DNA of 64,000 nt. It comes from Syntrophorhabdaceae bacterium (GTDB lineage Bacteria > Desulfobacterota > Syntrophorhabdia > Syntrophorhabdales > Syntrophorhabdaceae). The notes beneath the pieces were generated by a model. The model was given only the letters and a program-made list of their open reading frames with translations. It ran no database searches and was not told the DNA's origin. A program made the translations under genes and the position numbers. The DNA is taken from NCBI GenBank assembly GCA_963666485.2, contig CAXXUO010000001.1, positions 736,001 through 800,000 of the forward strand, given 5' to 3'. Below, piece by piece: positions 44,549-53,955 of the stretch. Positions within the stretch are counted from its first letter, which is position 1, and every line of letters begins with the position of its first letter.

Positions 44549-45224
44549 CTATCCTGTAACCTGCCCCGCGGACATTCTTTATTATATGAGAGGCCTCTCC
44601 GAGCTTCTCGCGCAGGTGCCTGATGTGGACGTCCACCGTCCGGTCGATCACGAACTTTTCGTCGCCCCAGAGATAATTCAATATCTGGTCCCGGGTCTGA
44701 ATGCGCCCCTGCCTCGTCGCCAGCAAATGCAGTATCTTGAACTCCGAGGGTGTAAGGTCGACCGGCCTTCCTTTCACGCGGACCTCGCGCCTTTCGATGT
44801 CTATGGCGACATCGCCGACCATTAATCTCCCGGCGTCCACATCAGCCCGGATACGTCGCCGCAACACTGCCCGGACACGGGCGACCAGTTCCCGCGTCGA
44901 GAAAGGCTTCGTCACATAATCGTCCGCTCCCAGTTCAAGACCGATCACCTTGTCGATCTCCTCCGCTTTCGCGGTCAGCATAATGATGGGGATCGATGCG
45001 AACCTTTCGTTCCCCCGAAGGTATTTGCATACCTGCAGGCCGTCAATGTCGGGCAGCATGAGGTCGAGTATGACGAGGTCGGGTGCCTCTTTTCCCAGGG
45101 ACCGATAGAAAGATTCCGCTTCGGTAAATCCGCGGACACGGAAATTGGCTTTCTTGAGGTGTATCGAAACGAGCTCCAGTATATCCGGCTCATCGTCGAC
45201 AACAGCGATCAGTTCATGGGGCAT
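44523..45224 (-). CDS. phoB: OmpR/PhoB family response regulator
   Basis: REC (VVDDE, LDLMLP, GADDYVTKPF) plus wHTH (RTVDVHIRHLREKL, VRGAGY). Confidence 0.88.
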   Translation of the reverse strand: MPHELIAVVDDEPDILELVSIHLKKANFRVRGFTEAESFYRSLGKEAPDLVILDLMLPDIDGLQVCKYLRGNERFASIPIIMLTAKAEEIDKVIGLELGADDYVTKPFSTRELVARVRAVLRRRIRADVDAGRLMVGDVAIDIERREVRVKGRPVDLTPSEFKILHLLATRQGRIQTRDQILNYLWGDEKFVIDRTVDVHIRHLREKLGEASHIIKNVRGAGYRIDDETVDIP

Positions 45225-45301
45225 ACTGTGATATTACCTCATCCGCACAATTTGTAAAACCGGGATCCGCCCTGCCTTTCCCGGTAATTGTAAAATGGTA
45301 A

Positions 45302-45318
45302 TGTTAATTTTTGATTAA
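45302..45318 (-). promoter_or_regulatory. Pho-box-like repeat upstream of phoB
   Basis: Minus strand TTAATC-N5-TTAACA, the same motif as upstream of pstS. Confidence 0.55.
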
Positions 45319-45538
45319 TTTGTCCGGCACCTGTCATTATCAAGGGCTTATATCCGGCTTCCTGCGCCCTATGAATTTTTATCTTGAAATTCCCGACTGT
45401 TATACAGGACAATATTCCCGCGGTATAACGAAAAAGCTTCATTGCCACAGACGACCGGAACTGCCAGGAGTATTACTCCCCTTTTTGTCTTTAGCAGGAG
45501 ATAGACGTTCTTCACCGTGGCGAAGAGATCTGAGAGTT

Positions 45539-47590
45539 ATGGTCACGACACAGATCAGCAATGTTTTGAAGGAAAGCAGGGAATCCATCACCCGTGAATG
45601 GACGGGCGTGCTTGAGGCCGAAAAGAACGGTACTTTTTCCGCCCTGTTCAAAGAAAATGCTTCCTATACCATCGAACAGGCGGCCGACGCCTTCCTCGCA
45701 TTCATTATCAACGACGACGCCCCGGTGATCGATCCGCTCATCCGCGAACTGGCAAAGACGGGTTTCCGGTCACAACTTCCCGCATCGGATGCCTACAGGG
45801 CCTTCGAGATGTTCCGCTCGCTCGTCATGCCGCTCATGGTCGCCCGGCTCGAGAAGGATATCGCTATTCAGGCCATAGAGCGCCTGAATTCCGCATTGAG
45901 CCGCGTATGCCGGGCATACAGCGATTATCGCCAACTCCTGCAGGAAACAGATCTGTCGGTATACGCGAGGAGGCTCGAGCACAACGCCGCGGAACGGGAG
46001 GAACAGTTCCGCGAATCGGAAAGCAAGTTCCGCGACCTTGCCGAGAAGGCGACGGTGGGCATCTACCTGATACAGGACGACGTCTTCCCGTACGTGAACC
46101 GGAGGTTCGCCCAGATCGCGGGTTACACCGTGGAGCAGATGGCGGGGAAGATCGGGCCGAGGGACATCGTCCTTCCCGAGGACTGGCCGCTCGTGGACGA
46201 GAACATGCGCCGCCGGCTGTCGGGCGAGCTGGACTGCACGTATGCTGAATTCCGGCTTGTCGCCAGAGGGGGGCACGTAAGGAACGTCGAGGTGTACAGT
46301 GCCCAGACGACATACCAGGGACGGTCCGCGATCATCGGGACCCTGATCGATGTCAGTGAGCGCAAGGCGTTCCGGGACGCCCTCGAAAGGTCGGAGAAGA
46401 AATACCGGGGGCTGTTCGAAAAACTGCCCGACGGATTCACCCTCGTCGGCATGGACAAGAAGTTCATAGACATCAACCCCGCGTTTTGCGCGATGTCGGG
46501 CTATACGCGGGAGGAGCTCCTCGAGTTGAAATACCCGGACATAACGCCGAAAAAATGGCACGCGCGCCAGGACCGGGTCATAGAGAGCCAGGTCTTGAGC
46601 CGGGGATATTCCGACGTGTTCGAAAAGGAGTATATCAAAAAGGACGGCACGGTATTCCCCATCGAGGTACGGGCCCACCTCGACCGCGACGAAAAGGGGA
46701 AACCGCTGCAGATGTGGGGTTTCGTCCGTGACATATCACAGCGCAAGGAAGCGGAAAAGGCCCTCAAGTGGGAGGAGTTGAAGTACAAGATACTTTTCGA
46801 ATCGTCAAACGATGCCATCCTGCTGATGAAAGACGATTCCTGCATCGATTGCAATACGAAGGCCTGGGAGATGTTCGGCCGGACAAAGAAGCAGATGATC
46901 GGCCAGAAGCTTTTCATGTTCTCGCCGCGCACGCAGGGCGACGGGTCCGACTCCCAGGAGTCTGCGGCGCAAAAGATAAACGCGGCGCTGAACGGCAATT
47001 TTCAGTTCTTCGAATGGCGTTTTTACCGCTCCGAAGGCACTTTTTTCGATGCGGAGGTGAGCCTCAACGGTTTCGACCTCGCCGGGGAGCACCTGATCCA
47101 ATGCATCATCCGCGACATTACGGTCAGGAAGCTTTTCGAGGAAGAGGCACGAAAGAAATCGAAAGACCTCGAGGATGTCAACGCGGCCCTGAGGGTCCTG
47201 CTCAAGCAAAGGGAAAAGGACCGGGAGGAACTGGAAGAGCTTGTACTCCAGAATGTCCGCGAGCTCATACTGCCGTACGTGGACAAGCTCAAGCGGCACA
47301 AGCTCGACCCGCAGCAAAGATCCTATATGAATGTGCTCGAAACCAACCTGAGGAACATCATTTCGCCTTTTACACGGAAGATGACGTCTATCGACGTTTA
47401 TTTCACCCCTACCGAACTCAGGGTCGCCCATCTCATACGGGAGGGCAAGACCGCCAAGGAGATCGCGCAGCTGCTCGGCGTCTCTGAAAGCGCGATCAAT
47501 CTCCACAGGCAGAAGATCAGGAACAAGCTGGGGCTGAATAATATGAAGGTCAACCTGAGCGCATACCTCATCTCCTCCTTCGACAGCTGA
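45539..47590 (+). CDS. Multi-PAS LuxR-type HTH transcriptional regulator
   Basis: Helical N-domain, three PAS/PAC domains, C-terminal FTPTELRVAHLIREGKTAKEIA..L...INLHRQKIRNKLG. Confidence 0.88.
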   Translation: MVTTQISNVLKESRESITREWTGVLEAEKNGTFSALFKENASYTIEQAADAFLAFIINDDAPVIDPLIRELAKTGFRSQLPASDAYRAFEMFRSLVMPLMVARLEKDIAIQAIERLNSALSRVCRAYSDYRQLLQETDLSVYARRLEHNAAEREEQFRESESKFRDLAEKATVGIYLIQDDVFPYVNRRFAQIAGYTVEQMAGKIGPRDIVLPEDWPLVDENMRRRLSGELDCTYAEFRLVARGGHVRNVEVYSAQTTYQGRSAIIGTLIDVSERKAFRDALERSEKKYRGLFEKLPDGFTLVGMDKKFIDINPAFCAMSGYTREELLELKYPDITPKKWHARQDRVIESQVLSRGYSDVFEKEYIKKDGTVFPIEVRAHLDRDEKGKPLQMWGFVRDISQRKEAEKALKWEELKYKILFESSNDAILLMKDDSCIDCNTKAWEMFGRTKKQMIGQKLFMFSPRTQGDGSDSQESAAQKINAALNGNFQFFEWRFYRSEGTFFDAEVSLNGFDLAGEHLIQCIIRDITVRKLFEEEARKKSKDLEDVNAALRVLLKQREKDREELEELVLQNVRELILPYVDKLKRHKLDPQQRSYMNVLETNLRNIISPFTRKMTSIDVYFTPTELRVAHLIREGKTAKEIAQLLGVSESAINLHRQKIRNKLGLNNMKVNLSAYLISSFDS

Positions 47591-47891
47591 TAATAAACAT
47601 CTGATACTTCAATATTTACATCACCTTTGCCCGCCCGTTGTCCTTGAGGTCAGGGCTTTCCTCCCGGGAGAGAAGCTACCAGTACGCTATTAGTTGCTAT
47701 CATTTTTATACCAGCTCATTCTGTCAGTCATCTATAATTTTTCTGTTAGCAAAGCCAGCCTGTTTTCGGGGTATTTAGGTAGTATGTTTCCGCTTATGCG
47801 CCACATTGGGTGTGGCGCGGCCGCCTTCGAATCACCGGGATGGACGGCACATGAGCGGGCTAAAAAATATTCGGGATCACAGGGGGTTATT

Positions 47892-49133
47892 ATGCATTAC
47901 GCGTGGATCATTGCGCTTACCGGAACACTTGTTGTCTTGCTTGCCCATGGCTTCGGAAGGATGTCGTATTCCGTACTGCTTCCCGCCATGAGGGACGGCC
48001 TTCACTTCAGCTACACACAGCTTGGCCTCATCGGGACGGGGAATTTTATCGGGTACCTGTCGCTTTCCATTGTCGGCGGGTTCCTTGCAGCCCGCTTCGG
48101 CGTACGAAGGGTGGTCTTCGCATCACTCATCATACTCGGTATCAGCATCTTCCTCACGGGATTTACGAATTCATTTGTCTATGCCTTTGCGACCCGGCTT
48201 ATCACCGGCCTCGGGAACGGCGGCGCCTTCGTCCCCATCATGGCCCTGCCCGCCGCGTGGTTCGCCGCCAAGAAAAGGGGCCTCGCAACGGGCATCGTCA
48301 CGATGGGGGTCGGAATGGGCCTTTCCCTCTCCGGCATTATCCTTCCCTTCTTTCTCGGAAAGTACGGGGTCCAGGGATGGAGATACGCATGGTTCCTCAT
48401 GGGCGCAATCGCGACGGTCCTCTCCCTCGCCTGTTATTTTCTCCTGCGCGACCACCCGCGTGAAAAAGGGCTTGCCTTATACGGCGCGCCCATCATGGAC
48501 GGCGGCGAAGAGGAGGCCAAAAAAGAACCCGCCCCGAACATGTTCTCCGCATTCAAGAATGTCGTCGGGAACTCGGAGCTCTGGAAGCTCGGCACCGTTT
48601 ACATGATGTACGGGTTTTCTTACATTATTTACCTGACGTTCATTGTCGCCTATCTCAATAAAGAGATCGGCATCGGGGCGGCGCGGGCGGGCCAGATATT
48701 CGCGTTCCTCGGTTTCGTCAGCATCTTCTGCGGCGTCTTCTGGGGCGGCATCTCCGATTTCGTGGGGCGGCGCTACGGCTCGTTCCTCGCCTATATGACA
48801 CTCACGGCAGCCTACTTCATCATCGTCTTCTCCCGGGGCAGCGTTGGTTTTTACGTCTCGGCGTCGCTGTTCGGCATCACCGCCTTTGCCGTCCCGGTGA
48901 TCATGGCGGCTGCGGCCGGGGATGCGGTCGGCGGCAAGCTTGCACCTGCCGCCCTGGGCTTTATCACCCTCTTCTTCGGCATCGGCCAGGCATTCGGCCC
49001 GGCTGTCGGCGGATGGATCAAGGACCTCACCGGATCGTTCACGAACGCATTCCTGCTCTGTGCGGTCGTTTCGGCGATAGGCACTTTCAGCTCTCTCATG
49101 CTTCGGAAAAAATACCAGGCAGTCCGCACGTAA
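47892..49133 (+). CDS. MFS transporter (YbfB/YjiJ-like)
   Basis: GFGRMSYSVLLP, 12 TM helices, WGGISDFVGRR. Confidence 0.9.
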   Translation: MHYAWIIALTGTLVVLLAHGFGRMSYSVLLPAMRDGLHFSYTQLGLIGTGNFIGYLSLSIVGGFLAARFGVRRVVFASLIILGISIFLTGFTNSFVYAFATRLITGLGNGGAFVPIMALPAAWFAAKKRGLATGIVTMGVGMGLSLSGIILPFFLGKYGVQGWRYAWFLMGAIATVLSLACYFLLRDHPREKGLALYGAPIMDGGEEEAKKEPAPNMFSAFKNVVGNSELWKLGTVYMMYGFSYIIYLTFIVAYLNKEIGIGAARAGQIFAFLGFVSIFCGVFWGGISDFVGRRYGSFLAYMTLTAAYFIIVFSRGSVGFYVSASLFGITAFAVPVIMAAAAGDAVGGKLAPAALGFITLFFGIGQAFGPAVGGWIKDLTGSFTNAFLLCAVVSAIGTFSSLMLRKKYQAVRT

Positions 49134-49145
49134 GGCAGGTGAAAT

Positions 49146-49700
49146 ATGGAAACGGCTATGACAGCAAACGGCCTCCTGTTAACCGGGGGCCAGATCTTCG
49201 AAGAGACCGAAGAAGACACAATAGCACAGGGAGGGGCCATATCCGATGCACTGCGCTGGGCTGTGTTCACGCCCACCGCCCTCGGGTTGCTCGGCCATTT
49301 CCGGACCGAGAAAGAAGGAAAGAATGCCGGCCGGTTCAACATAAAGACCCACGGGCTCGATCCCCTGATCGCATCCGTACGCGCCTTTGCGGCATCGAAA
49401 GGCATCGCGGAGCATGACGCCTTGAAATGCATATTCCTGCTCAGGATGAGGCGGTTCATATCGGCCGAGATGGAAAGCGCGCTGGCGGAGGCCTATGAAT
49501 CCCTGATGGACCACCTGCTGGCCCATTACGGCAGGTCCGGCGACACCGGCGGATGGGTCCGCCCGTCGCTCCTTGACCGGCATACGCACATGCAGATACG
49601 TGATGCCATGGAGACCGTGGAATGCTTCCAGAAATACATTTATGACGACGGGATCGGGGAACTGATCACAGACGCCGGCCTGCCGCTGAAGACCCTGTAA
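49146..49700 (+). CDS. Putative nucleotidyltransferase substrate-binding domain protein (DUF294_C-like), stand-alone
   Basis: LGLLGHFRTEK...GRFNIKTHGLDPL...R, EAYESL, WVRPSLL. Confidence 0.65.
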   Translation: METAMTANGLLLTGGQIFEETEEDTIAQGGAISDALRWAVFTPTALGLLGHFRTEKEGKNAGRFNIKTHGLDPLIASVRAFAASKGIAEHDALKCIFLLRMRRFISAEMESALAEAYESLMDHLLAHYGRSGDTGGWVRPSLLDRHTHMQIRDAMETVECFQKYIYDDGIGELITDAGLPLKTL

Positions 49701-49707
49701 ACAGGAT

Positions 49708-50322
49708 CTAAAGCATGATGTTGAGGGACGGGGCCAGCCGGGGGTCGTCCTCTGAAATCTCCAAGAGGGGCTTTGAGAGGCGCGATAGCGTCGCCCGACA
49801 ACTATCGCAAAGCTCAAAGCCCTTTTTGTCCGTATCATCGATCGTGCGGGAAAAGGACATGACGCACCCGGGATCGAAGCAATGTTTCATTCGGTATGAA
49901 TGGACAGCCTCGTGCACGGCCTCTGTCAGCACCCGCCTGGTAAAAAGGCCCCTGTCCGCATCGAGACCGTAAAATTCCTGTCTTAAACGCGTGATCGAGA
50001 CGAGCGCAGCCCTTCCGAGCGCCGCCCCGAAGACAAAGGTCAGATCGGGAATATAGAGGTCGAAGTCGATAACGCCGAGGACATGTTCCCGGGGGTCCGC
50101 TTCCTGTTCCGCAAGGGCATTCAGTATGGCCTCGGCGGAATATTGGGCGCGCCCGGCATCAAAGGCTTCACGGGGCGGCTCGATGACATCGCCCGACCGG
50201 ACATCGGCCGGGAGGGCCTGACCGATATCCCGTTTTAATATTTCGATGATACCCGGCTCTACAGGCCCGACCGGGATGATCCGCAACTTGATATCGGGCC
50301 CCTCTTCAATTCCCGTTTCCAT
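49708..50322 (-). CDS. Archaemetzincin-like Zn metalloprotease
   Basis: RAQY, DLY, FVFG, EAVHEAVHSYRMKHC...CVMSFS...D.K...LC..C. Confidence 0.82.
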   Translation of the reverse strand: METGIEEGPDIKLRIIPVGPVEPGIIEILKRDIGQALPADVRSGDVIEPPREAFDAGRAQYSAEAILNALAEQEADPREHVLGVIDFDLYIPDLTFVFGAALGRAALVSITRLRQEFYGLDADRGLFTRRVLTEAVHEAVHSYRMKHCFDPGCVMSFSRTIDDTDKKGFELCDSCRATLSRLSKPLLEISEDDPRLAPSLNIML

Positions 50323-50378
50323 GTATACCTTTCAAACGGCATTCCGTTATATCCCGCTTTATTTCCCGCGAACATTCT

Positions 50379-51407
50379 TCAGGAGGTGACAACCGCCCCG
50401 CGGTGATCGTCCCGGATGATGCCGCATATCTTTTCCGCCTTCTCCGAGTAAAGCCGGATGCCTTCCCAGTTGGGCCTGACGGCGACCTTCTGCATCAGGA
50501 GGCCATCCGTGCCGAACCACCGGGGCAGGACGCCCCCGAAGAAATATCCCCGGCCCCTGAGATACTCGGTCAATTGCCCGATCCACGGCCAGGCAAGGTT
50601 GAGCCACACCTGGATGACGATCATGCCCTTGCCGAGGGCCTCTTCCTCGTGATGTTCGAATATATCCGCAAAATCCGTCCCGGCGTTAAAGACGGTAAGG
50701 CGCGCCACCGAGGCAAATTCAAAGAGGTGGCTTTCGATGGAAGTTCCCGCGCTTCCCGGAGATGCACTTTCTGCCTGTGCCACAGTCGCGCCGCTATCGA
50801 AACCGTCATACATGAACCGGATCGCTTCTTCATACCGTTCGGGTGCATAGACAATGTGGTCCAGGGGACGGTACATCCGGGTCATGTGCAGGGACGCCAC
50901 CCGGCCCGTGGCGCTGCCTTCCCTGGCGTAGGCCTCAGCCGGCATGAGGTCGATCTCGAGGGCCGTCTCGATCGCCCCCTCGTTGGACCAGGCCTTCTGC
51001 ATGTAGGGGTGATTGCAGACCGCCTCGCCAAAGACGGCGTCCGCGTCATACTGCGGCGCGGCTACTTCCGCGAAATAACGGTTCATTACCTGTGCGATCC
51101 CGTGATTGCGGTAGTCGGCGCGCACGAGTCCCTGCCCGCCCTCGTAGACCTTTTTACTCGGCGCAGACCTGAAGAGGCTCACGTATCCCACGATCCCTCC
51201 CTTCGAGGAGCGGGCGACGGTGGGTACGTTCTCCCCGTTCCTGAAGGCCTCCACGAGTTCCTCCGGTTCATACACCAGCTTGACAGGATAGTCATCGCCG
51301 TAGACGCTGCGAAAAAGCTCCCCGACGTCCGCGGCGTCGCCCGGCTGAAAAATGCCGACGGTTATCCGCTCGTCGGGTTTGATATCAACGATATAGGGGT
51401 CCACCAT
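50379..51407 (-). CDS. GNAT-fold (acyl-CoA N-acyltransferase-like) protein
   Basis: LFRSVYGDDYP, GLVRADYRNHGIA acetyl-CoA-binding-like motif, GEAVCNH. Confidence 0.62.
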   Translation of the reverse strand: MVDPYIVDIKPDERITVGIFQPGDAADVGELFRSVYGDDYPVKLVYEPEELVEAFRNGENVPTVARSSKGGIVGYVSLFRSAPSKKVYEGGQGLVRADYRNHGIAQVMNRYFAEVAAPQYDADAVFGEAVCNHPYMQKAWSNEGAIETALEIDLMPAEAYAREGSATGRVASLHMTRMYRPLDHIVYAPERYEEAIRFMYDGFDSGATVAQAESASPGSAGTSIESHLFEFASVARLTVFNAGTDFADIFEHHEEEALGKGMIVIQVWLNLAWPWIGQLTEYLRGRGYFFGGVLPRWFGTDGLLMQKVAVRPNWEGIRLYSEKAEKICGIIRDDHRGAVVTS

Positions 51408-51453
51408 TTTCCCTCCTTACCCACTTTCTTGTACATCACGGGCACAGATCCCG

Positions 51454-52629
51454 TCAATGGGAAATGGCCCGAAAACGGGGCGGCAGGGCCAGCATGACCG
51501 CCCCGAAGGCGTTGAGCAAACCGCAGAAAATAAAGAGCGGCCCGTATCCCCACCGGGCGAGGATGAATCCGCCCGCGAGGGGGCCCACGAAGAAGCCGGC
51601 CTGCATCATGACCAGCGACAGATTCAGGTTAAGCCCCCTGAAGCGGGGTTCAGAGATATCGAAGACGAGGGCAAACAAGAGCGGTATGCCCACGCCCCAG
51701 AGGACCCCGAACGCGGCCGCCAGGCACAGGAATGCAGCCGGGCCCCGTGAAACAAGGATGGCGGCGTGACATATTGCCAGGATACCCATTGAGAACGCAC
51801 AGACCCGTGCCTTGTTCATCCTGTCGAAATACCGGCTTCCGGCAAGCCTGACGATGATCATGGCCACCATGGCGACCGTGAAGAAATAGCCCGGGTTCCG
51901 CATACCGCGCTGCGTGCCGAAGTCTTTGAAGAAAAAGAATAATAACGTGTATGCGCTGTAGAATATGACGTTGACGGCAAGAAGCTTCATCACGGGGCCG
52001 GACCTTACGTCCTCCGCCAACCCCTTCAGCCCTGCGCCTTTTTCGGGCCCTCCCCTGTCTTCGGGCAGCGGCCGCACAAAGAGAAGCGGCACCAGGAAAA
52101 GGATCACGATGCCGGCCACGATGGTGCATATGGATGCAAACCCGAAAGACCCCCCGGTCAGGTAGACGACGGCAGGCGGGATGAGGGCGTACGGAATGAG
52201 CCTCGTGATGGAGATGATGCCGATCGACTCGCCGCTCTTCTCGGGCGGGATATGCGAGGCAAAAAGGGCCATCACGGCGGCGATGAGGACGACAAAGCCC
52301 GTTCCATGGATAATGCGGACACAGGCGATGGTAAGGGGAGTCATGGCGAAACTGTAGAGCAAAAGCGATACCGCCATCACCGAGATGCCGGCGGCGCACG
52401 CCTTTTTCGCATTTCCCCCGTGAAGATAGGGGCTCAGGAACGGCTGCAGCACAATGCCCGTGATCGAATCGGCACCGAGAAGGAATCCGTACCACCGCGG
52501 ATCGATGCCGAGCATGCGAAGGTGATCGTGGAACTGGAAGAAAAGGGCCATGACCGCCGCGGCTGAGCCGAGGACTACATTAAGGAGGATAAACTCACGG
52601 GTATAGATGGAAGGGCCCCGGTCCGTCAC
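51454..52629 (-). CDS. MFS transporter
   Basis: 12 predicted TM helices, RIIHGTG, GPLAGG. Confidence 0.9.
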   Translation of the reverse strand: MTDRGPSIYTREFILLNVVLGSAAAVMALFFQFHDHLRMLGIDPRWYGFLLGADSITGIVLQPFLSPYLHGGNAKKACAAGISVMAVSLLLYSFAMTPLTIACVRIIHGTGFVVLIAAVMALFASHIPPEKSGESIGIISITRLIPYALIPPAVVYLTGGSFGFASICTIVAGIVILFLVPLLFVRPLPEDRGGPEKGAGLKGLAEDVRSGPVMKLLAVNVIFYSAYTLLFFFFKDFGTQRGMRNPGYFFTVAMVAMIIVRLAGSRYFDRMNKARVCAFSMGILAICHAAILVSRGPAAFLCLAAAFGVLWGVGIPLLFALVFDISEPRFRGLNLNLSLVMMQAGFFVGPLAGGFILARWGYGPLFIFCGLLNAFGAVMLALPPRFRAISH

Positions 52630-53477
52630 CGGATGGCCTTGAGCGTGTTTTCGAGGCGCATGAGGAGATTGCCCGCCACCATCCTCCGGTACTCTTTCGA
52701 CGCCCTCACGTCGCTGATCGGCAGGACGCCGTCGCGAACGAGTGCCGCCGCCCCGGTCAAGGTCGGCCCGTCGATAGGCCTGCCGGCAAAATGATCGTCG
52801 AGTGCCTTCAGGGTGAAGACCGTTGGTGCAACACTTCCAAACGCACAGCGGGCTTTTTTGACGGTCCCGTCTTCGTGAAAGGCCGCAGCGAAGGCGAAGC
52901 TCGCAACGCTGATGGCCATTGCCCTTCGCTGTCCCGCTTTTTCAAAATGGCTCACCGTGAAACCGTGACCTTTCCGTATGCAGACGGCACTGAGCACCTC
53001 TCCCGTATCCAGCATCGTCAGGCCGGGGCCCCGTATGAAACTGCCCACGGGCAGGCGGCGCACGAGGTCGCCTTTACGCAATTCAACCTCCGCATCATAG
53101 ATATACAGCGGCGGCAGCGTATCTCCCGCAGGCGATGCCGTGCATATGTTCCCGCCTATCGTCCCCATGTTCCGGATGGCCGGGGAACCCACGTGAGCAG
53201 CCGCACGTTTCAGAAGAGGGAAATATTCACCGATGAGCCGGTTCGAGATAATTTCGGCGTGTGTCGTGCATGCCCCGATCCGGACCTCGTCGCCGGGATC
53301 ACCGACACCCTTTAATTCTGCTATCCTTTCGAGACAAACGAGCGGCCTGTCATTGATCTTCCCCGGGGGGGATTTCGCCAAAATATCGGTACCCCCTGCA
53401 TAGAGGGCGGCCCGGGGTTCATCCGACAGTGCGTCAAAAACCTCATGCAGTGATGCCGGAAGAAAGACCTTACCCAT
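52626..53477 (-). CDS. Xanthine dehydrogenase family FAD-binding subunit (CoxM/XdhB-like)
   Basis: AGGTD, IRNMGTIGGNICTASPAGD, PISDVRAS.EYR. Confidence 0.93.
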   Translation of the reverse strand: MGKVFLPASLHEVFDALSDEPRAALYAGGTDILAKSPPGKINDRPLVCLERIAELKGVGDPGDEVRIGACTTHAEIISNRLIGEYFPLLKRAAAHVGSPAIRNMGTIGGNICTASPAGDTLPPLYIYDAEVELRKGDLVRRLPVGSFIRGPGLTMLDTGEVLSAVCIRKGHGFTVSHFEKAGQRRAMAISVASFAFAAAFHEDGTVKKARCAFGSVAPTVFTLKALDDHFAGRPIDGPTLTGAAALVRDGVLPISDVRASKEYRRMVAGNLLMRLENTLKAIR

Positions 53478-53955
53478 CCTCTCCCCCTTCCCGCATCTTC
53501 TTCGCAGCTCCTTCCACGGCGTCGACGATCTTCTGATACCCGGTACAGCGGCACAGGTTGCCGCTTAACGCCTCGCGGACCTGTTCACGCGTCGGTGCAG
53601 GGTTGCCATCGAGGAAATTGACCGCGCTGACGACCATGCCCGGGGTGCAGAAACCGCACTGCACGGCCCCGTACTCGATGAATGCCTGTTGAACGGGATG
53701 GAGCACGCCGCCCGCGGCGATACCCTCGATGGTGACGGCCTGCCTTCCCTCGAGCTGCGCCGCTGTCATCAGGCATGACAGCTTCACGACGCCGTCCACG
53801 ATGATCGAACACGCGCCGCACTCGCCCTGTCCGCAGCCTTCCTTCGTGCCCGTCAGGCCGATATCTTCCCGCAGCACATCGAGGACCCTGCGCGCCGGGT
53901 CTGTCTCGATCTGCGCCGGAGACCCGTTAAGGACAAAGGATATCTTCTGTTTCAT
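53470..53955 (-). CDS. Xanthine dehydrogenase family 2Fe-2S subunit (CoxS/XdhC-like)
   Basis: GTKEGCGQGECGAC, QCGFCTPG, GNLCRCTGY. Confidence 0.95.
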   Translation of the reverse strand: MKQKISFVLNGSPAQIETDPARRVLDVLREDIGLTGTKEGCGQGECGACSIIVDGVVKLSCLMTAAQLEGRQAVTIEGIAAGGVLHPVQQAFIEYGAVQCGFCTPGMVVSAVNFLDGNPAPTREQVREALSGNLCRCTGYQKIVDAVEGAAKKMREGGEDG

